Shown here in pieces: positions 40,300 through 52,012 of a stretch of 64,000 bases of DNA. The stretch lies in assembly GCA_965153455.1 (NCBI GenBank), contig OZ234494.1:1240001-1304000 (forward strand), written 5' to 3'. The DNA is from Sphagnum compactum. Lineage: Eukaryota. The notes under the pieces are model-generated. The model was given only the letters and a program-made list of their open reading frames with translations, was not told where the DNA came from and made no database searches. A program made the position numbers and the translations under genes. Within the stretch, counting starts at the first letter, position 1. Each line of letters opens with the position of its first letter.

Positions 40300-40863
40300 G
40301 AAGAGAGACGTATTTTCACTGAAGCTGAGAAGGCTAGATCATTGCTGGCTGCATCTGCACAAGAGCTTCCTATCAGAGGGAAGGAAAACCTCTCCTATGT
40401 TGCAGAGAATGGCCCAGAGCCAGTGAAGGACATTGTTGAATCTGCACTCAATGCTCATTATCCCGAGAATGCTAGCGGAAAGCTGGGCTCAAAGATCGAT
40501 GATTTCTGCCTTGGAATTCCGTATGGAGTTCTTGTGGTTGGAGGCTTATTGCAGTTCATCCTCACAGGGAGCACTGCCTCGATACGGTTTGGGGTGCTTC
40601 TGGGTGGGTTGCTTCTGGCCTTGACTGTCACCAGCCTCAAGGCCTGGAAGCAAGGGGAGTCATCTCTGCCCTACATTCAAGGCCAAGCAATTATCACACT
40701 AGCCATCTTCTTCAGATTCATACGGAGATATGGGGAAACAAATGCATTCTTTCCTACAGGAATTGTAGCTATTACCAGTGCTGCTATGTTAGCATTCTAT
40801 GTGTATGTGTTTCTCTCCAGCGGAAATCCTCCCAAGAAAATTAATTCAGATAGTTCTTATTGA
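40300..40863 (+). pseudogene. FAX: Intronless fatty-acid-export (FAX2-like, Tmemb_14) copy lacking ATG and transit peptide
   Basis: DFCLGIPYG...GSTASIRFGVLLGG...SLKAWKQGESS...GNPPKK; open frame starts after TAG 40297-40299 with no usable ATG upstream of the domain; no introns. Confidence 0.7.
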
Positions 40864-41699
40864 GAACAGCACCACCAGTTTCATAAACAAACACAGCAGA
40901 CTTATGTTTACTCTTTAGGGTATTACTAGGTTTGGTGTCTAGTTTCTTGATGATACGTCACAGATTTTCATCCTGCACAAAGCATCATGTTGTATCTGGT
41001 TTTGTGAAACTAGTTTTACTAAAGATAATGCTGTCTGACCATTGGTGCTGGAAATAAAATTTGGATCACTGCAGGACATTGATCTGTAAGTTGCAGATTG
41101 TTCTGTTGCTTCGAAGCTCTGCATAAAGCACGGTGTGCAAGACACTAGTAGCGATCACATGCTCGGTATGTATTTCTCTCCACCCACTTTCTGGCACCCA
41201 CATGATGATGATGGCAGGAGGTACTTGACATGGGGTTTTTATTCAAGCATGGGGCATGCATGGGAACAAAGCCCACTATATGAAATTACTACTACCATTG
41301 AAGTAGGATTGTAGTAATAATCCCATGTAACTTGTTTGACATTGTGTGGAGCCCTATTTGAAGGTTTCTCAGGTACCGTGGGAGATGGAGCGGCCCAATC
41401 TTGTGAGGGTTGCTAATCCATAACCAATGTGTGAAGATAAATGCCAGGTTTTTGCTTACTACAAAAAGGGCTTGCAACAAGTCAATATTGGGAATGGGAG
41501 GTGAGTCTTAAAGGTGGGGGGGGCAGTTAGGCGAGAGGTCAATGGTGGGAACGAGAGCTGGGTCTTGAAGAGGGGGGGAAGTGGAGAGCAACACGTTGAC
41601 ATGGCTTAAAGGGGGAGACACCTAAGTACTAACTACTTGTAGCAAGTCAACAATGGGAATGGGGGGTGGGTTTTTGATTGGGGAGTTGAGGAAGATGGA

Positions 41700-42180
41700 A
41701 GATCCTTGAATCTATTGGAGGGTAATGGAGAGTTTTTGGTGAAGGAAAGTAACCAAAAATAAAATGTGGAGAGCTTTTAGACCTTATCAAACGCTAATCA
41801 CATAACATTTGCTTGTGTGTGTGAACAATCAAATATTTCAATTAAATAAGGAGGAAATGATTTATCAGGTGTTGGTCACAATAACTCTTTTTCTTTTTCT
41901 AGTGTGATGAAACTTCATGTTGGGGAAGTAAGTATGTTTTAGTAGGATTGGCTATGTTTGCGAAGGATATAAACCTTATTACGATGCAAACCTTAACTTT
42001 TGAAATGTTGATGTTGACAAAGCAACAAAAGAATTAAGAGTCATTAAAGGAAGCACACATAGTTGTTCACATCCCATGTGGAATTCAACACCCCAAGTGA
42101 TGGGTGCAAAAGTGTTGTGTATTACATCATGTCTCTTTGTACATTCATTGCTAGATGTGTACATCATTGAAAAATGAAAG
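41700..42180 (-). mobile_element. Non-LTR retrotransposon (restriction-like endonuclease type) C-terminal remnant
   Basis: ECTKRHDVIHNTFAPITWGVEFH (RHD motif after zinc knuckle) and decayed FLxxxIExFxC segment near 41820-41870. Confidence 0.55.
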
Positions 42181-42399
42181 ATTTTTTAACCAAGTTTAGA
42201 TACTGGGAAAAAATTGCAAAGAACAATTGTATGGTTCGACAATGGCACCAACTTTAGCCAATTCAAAAACATTTGATCATAATCAACACATACCAATTGT
42301 GTTGGATAGTTAAGCTTAATGGGTTGGGAAAATTCAAACTTCATTAGTGATTAAGTCCCATGATTGGCAATGGTTGAAGATGAGGTGTAGGTGTGTTGA

Positions 42400-43220
42400 A
42401 TGAAGTTCATACTTGATCACAACAAATATTGAAAAACAAATTGTTGAACCTAAAATTGGATCCTTCACCACCAATATTGTGTTTGAAACAAAACATAGAT
42501 CTATTAAACCCCAAATTGGCCCAACTTCTCATGAGCATGCCACACAAGGCCTTTACGTTTCTCTAGAAAAAATAACACCTACATTCATCCATTTGTCCAC
42601 ACTTGCAAAAGGGAAATTATTTTCTCATATGAATTGTTTGGCCTTATGCACAACATAATCATGTTGTTTGATTGTTAATATGATCGGAATTTCACATGTT
42701 TGCATGTAGACATGCAATGATCATCTAGTATATGACCATCACCTTTCAGCTTGATGTTTGCACTATGAGAATCCTCGTCATTAACGTCGATTTGAAATCC
42801 ATCCCTAAAATACCCCAACAAAATACGTAAAAATCTATAGGCATGCCATCCTAGAACCACCTTCAAATCCACATCTCATGCCAACAACCCATGTAATATC
42901 TTCTTCATTGGACTTTGGGTTTTAATTTAGGCTATTAGCATCATGATTAACCTACTAACCTTATGAACAATATTAAATTTATATTCATGTAAAATAAAAA
43001 CCCATTTAACCAACTTTCCTATGAGTTGATTAGATTCCACAAAAAAACTTGAATGGTTGGTTGTTGGTAACCAAAATGAATGAGTTACCATAAAAATAAT
43101 ATCAAAATGATGAAATTGTTGACACCTCATAAATATGCGAGTAACATTTCATAAACTACAACAATGCACAACGCCTCATAAGAACTATATTTGACATTTG
43201 CTCTGTTGTTAACCCAAAAG
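42400..43220 (-). mobile_element. Ty3/Gypsy pol remnant (RNase H region)
   Basis: TNHSSFFVESNQLIGKLVKWVFILHEYKFNIVHK resembles TDH...GKLARWALILQEYDFxIVHR. Confidence 0.75.
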
Positions 43221-45985
43221 GTAAACATTTCAAATCTTAACCTCCCTCACTTGGTTTGCACCAATTTTGCCTATTTCAAAGAGCTACATGATATGGAACC
43301 TAGTTGACACAAGTGTGCAAATGAGTTTTTGGTGGGGCCATGAAAAATTCTTAAATCTAATGCTATAAACACAAAATCATAACTAGAATTCAAAGATGTC
43401 ACAAAAAGGATGTGTTATAAAACTCATTTTTTTGAATTCTACCTTCACTTAAACCTTAATTATTAAGCTTAATCCACACTCCCTAGGTGCAATTGTAAAA
43501 AAGGCAATTTTTTTTTAAAGGTTACATTTGGATAAATTGTTTCATCGTATGAGATGAAATTATAAGATATACATTGTTAGATTATGATGCAATTCAAATG
43601 TATATTTTATGATCTATGTTGGGGTTTTTATTTTTGGATTGCTTACAATTGAAGTCACACGAGATTGCCATTTAAATATTAAGTCTAATTTTGCTGTTAC
43701 CGAAAACTTCAAAAACTTAGGCCACATCTTGCCCAAATAAAGACCTAATAGGTCTTACACAACCGCTAAGATCAAAATCATTCTTAATGAAAAAACTAAC
43801 CAAAGAAACTAGTTTTTCAACCCTAAACCCTAAAAACCTTACAAAACTACCTTGGTAAAAACCTTGTTTATTGTTTTTCATTGTTTTTTTTAACAATAGA
43901 GAAATCTATAAAATCACCTTGTTTTCAAACCTCAATTTCACCCTTTATCCATGATTCATCCCCAAGCAATGGTTATTTATAAAGTGTGCAAAATTAGAAA
44001 AAAAACAAATCAAGGACAAAGTTCAAATGATTTCAAAGGTAGGTTTTTTGAAAAAACATTAAAAAAAAAACATGGTATTGTACTTTTCTATGTGTCAATT
44101 TTTGTATTTTAACATGTGTTTTGACCTTTTGTTTGAGTAACTTTACATATTTATGTAATATGAATACTATGATAACATCATGGCAAGTCCAACGAATTTT
44201 CAATGTCGAAAATTATTTCATTTGGGAAGATTTTATTCTTGGAAATAAAATATTACAAATTCTTCCAAAATATTTTTAAAAAATTCCTTCACAAAAAAAA
44301 TTTCTTTGATTTTTTTTTTTTTTGGGGTATGAAAATTTGAACATTTATGAAAAGATAAGATAATTAATGTGACTTGGCACAACTTGCTAGTGTAGATAGA
44401 CTAAAATCAGGTTCTCCAAATTTCATTATTTAACAATTTCCTGGGTCAAATAGCCTCAATAAAAGAGGCCTCACTCAAGAAGGGGAAGGTAGGTACCTAC
44501 CAGAGTAGGTACCTGGTTCAGCATGGCCCTCCCTTGCCATCTGGGACTCCATTATTTAAAGTAAATTAGAAAATAGGTAAGTAGGTAGATAGGTAGGTAG
44601 TAGGTAGGTAGCTAGCGGGGCACATGATAGGTACACAAATGAACCACCCTTTGTATCCGTGGGTTGACCCCAGGAACCGGCAGGGGACCGGCCATTGCCG
44701 ACGACGACCTGGGTTGCCTGTTTCTTCTGCGTTGCTGCTGGCTGGCTCGTTGGCTATGGCGTGTTGTTTCCCCCGTTGGCACGCTTCGCTTCTTCCGCGC
44801 CGCGTTTGTGTCTTTCCCCTGGGATTCGTCTTTCTATGCTACGGGGAGCTTCGGGGGGAAATGAGTGAAGGTTCGACTCAGGCCGTGGAGCTAGGTACGT
44901 TTTTCTTCTTCTATTGTTTTTTTTTTTTTTTTTTTTTTGACCTTTTTCTTTCCACGCCAAGTTGAATAGTGCGGAATACTGCAGGAGATCAGAAACAGCA
45001 CGAGAGAGAGTGAGGAAAGAGCGGGAGAGAGAGAAAGAGACAGAAGGGACAGAGAGAAGTGACAGTAAGAAGAGTCTTCGACACGGCGAAGAGAAGTCTT
45101 AGTTTGTATACCTAGTCGGGAATGGATTTACAAGGAAGCAAGCTGAAGCAAGAAAAATATATGCATAGTTTTGGGGGATGTACCTATGTATGTCTTTTGC
45201 AAAAACTAGAGTGAGTGAGTGAGGGTTCGGTTTCAATTTATTTTTTTGTTGGTTTTTGTGCGCAGAATCAAAGGTACTTTGTGTCGGGGCAAGCTTGGCT
45301 AGTAAGCCGCACTGCCTGGGAGTTTCGAAGCACTATAGAAAGGTATGACACTGCTTACTTATAGAATGCACAGATCGCTAGCAGATCACTACAGAGATCC
45401 AGAAGGAAATAGGAGTGTGAAGGCATAGAGAGAGTTGGGAGATACAGAGAGTATGTGTATGTATTTTTGCATGGTCTTCTTAGTAGGATTGGAGGAACAA
45501 GCTAGATGTTTTTCTAGTGTGTTAGGAGCGGAGTATAGCCGGATGTTTGTACAATCAGTGAGCATGCTTGTTAATTGAGCCTCAGACCAGAAGAGATGAA
45601 GCATGGCAGTCTATTTTGGTAACAAGTGAACACAAAAAGAGGTAGGGTTAAGAGTGAGATTAAAGTCTTAGTAGCTCAGATAGGAGGAAGAAGTGGTTGT
45701 AAAAGTGGGAACCATCTTTTGTGTATGGTGGTGGCAAGAGGAATTTCAGGTGATAAAATATATCTAAAACCTACATTGAAATTTTTTTGGCCACGATCAA
45801 GCTAAAGCAAAACAATCTCTATGTCAATCAAGCTTTGAGAGACAGGGGGGTTATGGGGAGAGTGCATGATTTTTGAGCATCTGAGTGTACCCTAACATGT
45901 GTAAAAAACAGAGAGGGTGAGAACAGATCCAAACGAGAATGGAGTAAATCAGCTGGGACCTCAAAAGGCTTCAAGAGTAGTAGAC

Positions 45986-48900
45986 ATGGCAGCAAAGCTA
46001 GAAGAATTGCTCATGAGCAGCAAGCTCAAGGTGGCGTGGGACTTATCGACTCCTGCAGCTGATATTGTTGCCAAAGTACGAGAAAAGGATCTGAGTGAAA
46101 TACAAACACTGGAATCAAAATGCAAGGATCAGATGGTCCCTCTTGCATTTAAACTTGCAAGAGGCCTGAAGGTCATACCCTTGGTGGCATTGCTGCTGGT
46201 TGGCAGAGGTGCAGTGCTGAATTCTGTGGCAAAAAAGGCAGCAGACCAAGGGGTGAAGAAGCTAGATACCATGGTTAACAATCCATCAGCTAAAAAGGTA
46301 GAACCCACATCTGTAAGTGGCCTTGTAAAAAAGGTAGAGGGTTATGATGATTCAGCAGGAGGGACCCTTGTAGATTTGGTTCTAGGAATGGCTTTAGCAC
46401 ACTTGTCTTCTTGCCCTTCAGTTAAGTTTTCTGACAAACTTGGCAAGACTAAATCCTATGTAGAGGAAGGAGGGGACACTGCAATGGAAGGCTCTAATCT
46501 CCACACAAAAAGCTCAAGTGATTTTGATGGAGGTGCGGTGTTTGAGGTTAAGCATAAGCAGCTGGAAGATTGGGAAGGTGGTGGCTTAGGTAGTGAGCAC
46601 CTGAAAGACTTTAGCAAATGGGATGAAAGCTTCACAACACTTAAACTTAGACAAGATACAGGTGACTGGGAAGAAGTCACATCCAAGTCTAGGAAGAAGT
46701 CAGCACCAGCACTAGATCTTAGGGATGTGGAAGGCAAGCTTAAGAAAACCCTAAGTTCTGGAGGAGCACAACCAGACCGTGGAGGAAACCTTAGGTTCTT
46801 TGGTGATAAAAGTCCAGCTATGGGAGATGATTCAAGTCCTAACTGTGAGATAGCAAGAAAGCTTCTAGAATGTTTACTTGTGTTCCGGCCAAGGCTGTCT
46901 GCACATGCTCAGAGTCCATTTCTGCCTCCACTTTTAAGAGCTGCCCAAGCAAACAACGAAGATTTTGTCTCCCTGCTGCTAGATGCTGGTGCTCCTGTAA
47001 ATGATCGTGATGCAGATGGCAATACTGCTCTTCATTGGGCTTTACGGCAAGCTACTACAGTAAACAAGCGTACGGTGAATTCACTTGTAGTCACTTGCCT
47101 TCTAGAAGCAGGTGCAAGTGTTACAGTGGGTAACAAACTTGGTGCAACACCTGTCCACACAGCAGCTGGTCATGGTCATTTTGAGGCACTCTCACTTATA
47201 CTCAACAAGGATGCAGGGGGAGTAAATATCATGGCTGCAACCAAAGAAACCCCTCTTCATTATGCAGTCAAGAATAACCATGTTGCATGTACTGCTCTTT
47301 TGTTAAAGCATGGCGCCAATCGAAATGTTGCCAGCCTTCGAAATCAGAAGCCTTTGCAGTTGGCTCCATCTGTTGAGATGCGTGTGCTTCTGATGATGGA
47401 CGACAAGATCATCAAAGAGCAGTCATGGGAGAGCTTACAAGAGATGCTGATGCAAGCTTCATCACCGGCTTCTTCACTTTTCTCTCTGGCCTCTCTGCAA
47501 CCACAGTCACAATTCTCTTCAGTGGCAGATGCAACTTCTGTGTCCTATGTGCCATCTTCTTTGTCACAGGCCTGGTTCTCACAGGGTTCTTCAATGCCTT
47601 CTCAATCAGGATTATCATCTTCTTTGCAGTCATTGCAGCCCCATCCTTCATCCTCACTCTCATTGTCTCAGTCTGTTTCAAGGCCTCCTGTATCCTTGCA
47701 GATGTATCCCTTCTCACGACCTCATTCTCAAGATGGAAATCCTTTTGATTGGTTAGCCCCACAAACACACTCTATTAATGGACGAGAGGCAGGACATAGT
47801 GAAGGGGAATTCTTTAAGGAGTCTGTGAACTTACCACAGTATAAGACAGTAATGTGCCGCTTCTATGCATCTAGTGAGGGTTGTGCATGGGGAAGCAAAT
47901 GCCATTTTGCACATTCAGAGGAAGAACTTTTGAGCGCTGATAGGATTGATAGTTCAGATTATAGAATGGGGGGAAGCCAAGGTGACAGCGACGGTGACCA
48001 ATCGCTTAAAAACTTCAAGACAAAGCTTTGTGCACACAATGAAAAGACAGGAAAATGCCCGCATGGTTCTAGATGCACATTTGCACATGGTCCTGGAGAG
48101 CTCCGAGGAGCAGTTTTTACACCTAGCAGCATTCGGCCAATTGTGAAGACTGAGTCAAGGCCATCTACAGCTCCCTCTCAGGGGTCAAGTGTCACCAGTG
48201 AAAAGGGGGATGAATACTTGAGTGCGAGAAAGGTCTTTGTGGGTGGCCTTCCACATTTTGTTCAGTCTGAGGAGCTGTGGGAGTTTTTTGAACAAGAATT
48301 TGGGAAAGTGGCTGATGCTGTGGTTATTTGTGGTATTGATGCTGATGGGAAGTCACGATCAAGAGGTTTTGGATTTGTTGTATTTGACCAGCCAAAGCCT
48401 GCAGAGATAGCTGTACAGCGCCATTATTTACCTTTTCGGGGCAAGAAAGTGGAGGTGAAACGGGCAATGGCACGCTTTGATTATGGGGATGAAACTAAAC
48501 CGAGTTCTCCAACTTTTCCTACTCCAACTGCAACTTCCTCTGCTTTCCATTCCACTGCCCCAGGTTCTGGATCTCTTCCTCTTTCACCATCCAGTCCTGA
48601 AGTTGAGAGAATGGAGGAGGTGTTCCAAGTTGCACAGCAGGCCTGGTCTTTGCCGCCCTTGGCTGTCAATCTGGCTAGCAATAATGCTCCTGTAGATAGC
48701 ATATACGCATCTTCTCACAGCACCTCAACTTTCTTTCCTGAACAAAGTGTGTCACCACAAGTCAATCCTGATAATTCCTCTCATCTCCTACCGGATTCCA
48801 GTAATCATGTATTAGCACATCAACGTGCACCGACACTTCCTCAAAATTCAGGGACTATGATTGGAAGTGGTAGCTTTCCAGTTCAGGATAGTGGGAATTA

Positions 48901-49282
48901 TTTTCACAACTTTGGACATCTGTTTCCCCAGGGTAGCAGTCACTCCCTAGATTCAGTTCTTGTTAAAGAACAGGGCTCTTTACTTGAACCTGTAGGGTCA
49001 AATCTTTCTCGACATCCATTCACTTCTCCTTCCTTTCCTCATCCAACCCCTGCTTTGCACCTCAACTCACTTCCCATTGATTCTGCAACTCTTCCTTACT
49101 TAAATGGGAGTATTGCACCCCACCCTTTGAATCATAACATCAACCATGGATCACAGTCTTTCTATTCTAGTTTGCCTGGAGCTTCATCATATGCAATGCC
49201 ATATGAACATCCACAAGACAGAGTTAATGAAGAAGAAGAGTTCTCGGAGCTGTTAGCAATGCTGCAAGGAGGAAAACTTTAG
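45986..49282 (+). CDS. Intronless ~1098-aa protein: ankyrin repeats + two C-x8-C-x5-C-x3-H zinc fingers + RRM + Ser/Pro-rich tail
   Basis: ANK (DGNTALHWA, GATPVHTAA, ETPLHYAV; ~46920-47370), fingers YKTVMCRFYASSEGCAWGSKCHFAH and FKTKLCAHNEKTGKCPHGSRCTFAH (~47840-48090), RRM with RNP2 VFVGGL and RNP1 RGFGFVVF (~48227-48467). First in-frame ATG 45986. Confidence 0.9.
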   Translation: MAAKLEELLMSSKLKVAWDLSTPAADIVAKVREKDLSEIQTLESKCKDQMVPLAFKLARGLKVIPLVALLLVGRGAVLNSVAKKAADQGVKKLDTMVNNPSAKKVEPTSVSGLVKKVEGYDDSAGGTLVDLVLGMALAHLSSCPSVKFSDKLGKTKSYVEEGGDTAMEGSNLHTKSSSDFDGGAVFEVKHKQLEDWEGGGLGSEHLKDFSKWDESFTTLKLRQDTGDWEEVTSKSRKKSAPALDLRDVEGKLKKTLSSGGAQPDRGGNLRFFGDKSPAMGDDSSPNCEIARKLLECLLVFRPRLSAHAQSPFLPPLLRAAQANNEDFVSLLLDAGAPVNDRDADGNTALHWALRQATTVNKRTVNSLVVTCLLEAGASVTVGNKLGATPVHTAAGHGHFEALSLILNKDAGGVNIMAATKETPLHYAVKNNHVACTALLLKHGANRNVASLRNQKPLQLAPSVEMRVLLMMDDKIIKEQSWESLQEMLMQASSPASSLFSLASLQPQSQFSSVADATSVSYVPSSLSQAWFSQGSSMPSQSGLSSSLQSLQPHPSSSLSLSQSVSRPPVSLQMYPFSRPHSQDGNPFDWLAPQTHSINGREAGHSEGEFFKESVNLPQYKTVMCRFYASSEGCAWGSKCHFAHSEEELLSADRIDSSDYRMGGSQGDSDGDQSLKNFKTKLCAHNEKTGKCPHGSRCTFAHGPGELRGAVFTPSSIRPIVKTESRPSTAPSQGSSVTSEKGDEYLSARKVFVGGLPHFVQSEELWEFFEQEFGKVADAVVICGIDADGKSRSRGFGFVVFDQPKPAEIAVQRHYLPFRGKKVEVKRAMARFDYGDETKPSSPTFPTPTATSSAFHSTAPGSGSLPLSPSSPEVERMEEVFQVAQQAWSLPPLAVNLASNNAPVDSIYASSHSTSTFFPEQSVSPQVNPDNSSHLLPDSSNHVLAHQRAPTLPQNSGTMIGSGSFPVQDSGNYFHNFGHLFPQGSSHSLDSVLVKEQGSLLEPVGSNLSRHPFTSPSFPHPTPALHLNSLPIDSATLPYLNGSIAPHPLNHNINHGSQSFYSSLPGASSYAMPYEHPQDRVNEEEEFSELLAMLQGGKL

Positions 49283-49724
49283 CTAGAAAACTTCCCTGAG
49301 TGTGCACCTATCTTGCTGCATCCTCTACAATATCCTGAGTTCTTGTTTCATAGCTCATTGAGACACAAGAGAGGCTTTGTCATTGCAAGTGAAGGTTGAG
49401 GATATTACCGATGCATAGTCATAGAAGATTCTCCTCTTCATGTTCTGAACACTTTTAGGACATGGGGGAAATTACAGAACCATTGTCATCATTTTTCTCT
49501 GGTAATGTCTGAGATTATGATATCAGGAAATTGGACACAGACCTTGGTTGATAAACTTTTGATTTGGTAAACTGGTTTATTTTGTGGTGGGAGTGTGGTT
49601 ATTTTCATTACTCATGTGCCTGGCAGTCTGTGGATTTCAGCAACAGAATCTGCAACAAGGTTCAAGGCTGTTTTTGTGACTGACTTTGTTAGGGGAAAGT
49701 TGTAACTAATGGCCATTGTTCTCC

Positions 49725-50095
49725 TCTCCTGCCTTCAGATTGTGTAAATTGTGCTCCTTCTTTTTGTGTCTCCCTGTGAGATGTGGGAGTTTCTCATTTC
49801 TAAATGTCTCTCAGCTGAATTTTATGTGCTCAATGTTGCCTAATTTGTGCTTCTTTTTTTGTGTGCCAGCCTTTGGGTTATGTTTGAAATGTTATGTGGA
49901 ACCTCATCACTTTTCAGTGTCTCTCTGCTGAATTTGTATGTGCTCAAGGTTGTGTATTCTTCTGCCTTCAGGTTGTCTAAATTGTTCTCCTTTTTTTTGG
50001 TGCCTCCCTTTGGGTCATATTTGAAATGTGATGCAGAAACCTCCTCATTTTACAGTGTTTCTCTGCTGAGAATTTGTATATGGTCAAGGTTGTAC
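49725..50095. repeat. Degenerate ~120-137-bp tandem repeats (about 3 copies) downstream of the ANK-CCCH-RRM gene
   Basis: CTGCCTTCAGRTTGT...AAATTGT at ~49728 and ~49962; CTTTGGGTYAT...TTGAAATGT...CTCTGCTGA at ~49871 and ~50008. Confidence 0.65.
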
Positions 50096-51361
50096 AGGGG
50101 CTCTGCATCCAGACTCCTTTGGCCCCTCTCATGTGTTGTAAAACAAAACACCATGTGAAAGGCATCCTAACTGGAGATGGACACTAAACCAACCCCATCC
50201 AATTGCAAGAGGAAAGGATAGGTACATCAATTTATAGTGGTTGAAGCAATTTGCTTTGGCTGATGCATTGTGATACCCACTTGTCCTCATTGATCTGTAT
50301 CCCTCGGTGCGTTCATTCCTTATCATTGCTTGTCCTCACTGATCTGTTTTTGTTGATTGTTTTCTTTCCTTATCCTCACAATATTCATTCCTGTCCTGAC
50401 AGATCTGTGTTGGGTGATGCTCACTCTTTCTTATCCTCGCAATGTTCATCCTTGCCCTTACAAATCTGTTTTGGGTGATGCAGTTGTCACCTCATGACTT
50501 CTGCAGATCTCACTAGGCTGAAGTAGGAACTTGGCCATACATTCTTAACTGTTTCGTACAGCCAGGGCAGAGCCAAGGTATGATGTCAATAAATGCCTTG
50601 TTTGCTATTTGTTTGATGTAATATTTTAGAGAAGAATTATTTCTCTCAACACTTAAATTGATATCTGCAAAATTTTCGGTTTTATGTGCATACCAACTTG
50701 TGCAGATTTCCATACAAGCAAGGATTACATCTCTACATAATTGTGAGATCATGGAACTATATTTGATTTCATTTCACTAGATAAACAAGAGGGCAGAAAA
50801 CCAATCTGAGTCAATAAGTCCTTCTTGAGCACACTACTTAAATTATGACATTAATTTCCATGCCCTCGTCAAAAGCCCTGGATGTTCACAACCATGATAT
50901 TGCAGACAGACATCCACAATAAATGCTTCAAATGCAACCATCTTGTCAATTGGGGCCAAATCAAAAACAAAGATACACAAGAATCAGTGGTGACTAGCAG
51001 CAAAGTATCAGACCAGTACCTTCATCATGAATGGCAGCAGCAACTAGCTCCCATTAGTCCTGACAAACTTATTCAGCTGCTGACTCAGGGTGCAAATAAG
51101 TACTATAAACAATAGAAAGAAAAGTATATAATATGTCTCAAATATTTGGGCTAATGGTCGTACACAACTGTGTCAAGGACTTCCAGAATCAGTGGGAACA
51201 TTGATATGGGCTACTAAGCATTCAAAAAGAATTCATAGCCAACAAAACAAAAGTCATTAGTATGGACTCATTCAAGCCACAACGACAAACTTGTGAAAAG
51301 CCAGCTAAGAGTGAACATATCCTAGATTGCCCCCTGTACAAGCCAGCAAGTAAGCCAAAGG

Positions 51362-51393
<32 letters not shown>

Positions 51394-52012
51394 TTGCCAA
51401 ATACAGGGTAGTTGTCCGCACCACTTCCTGCATCCTGAACATGTCCTTTAAGCCATACCCACTGATGATTACTTAGGATGCAAAATGTAGGCTGCTTTAG
51501 CCACTGGAATACATAGGGTCTGCAAGACTCAACAACACATGAAATTTGAACCATAGCCTGACTTGCCTGCTACATGAAGACATGTACAAAATCCTCTTTT
51601 CCAAGAAGAAAGAAGCAACAATGTAAGCGTTGAGACAGTTTAATTCCTCTCTTTATTTATCCGGAATAGAAGAACTGGGAAGCAAGCCGTGGTCTCCCCC
51701 CCCCCAGAGATATATCCTGAAATGGAAAAAAAAGACCTATGCTAAAAAGAAAGACAATGCACAACGATGCCACAGTCTTGACCTGTCTCACTTGAGAGAA
51801 CGTTTTACAGCAGCAAGGAAAGAGGGAGGAAAAACAGCATTCAAGAACCACAAGAAAGCAGCGTATATAGCCTTGAGCAAGCGGCCACAACTCTCTCTTA
51901 TAAAACTGTAGAGCCTGAAAACTTTACAGTCCAGCAGCAGGAGGCTAATATCATCATCCACCTTCTTCTTCTCCTCCTCCTCCTCCAGCTGGTGCTTCGT
52001 CTTCTCTCTTCC

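Noticed and set aside
43818-43833. Telomere-like AACCCTAAACCCTAAA
   Set aside because: Only two units; such motifs are scattered through the window and do not form an array.
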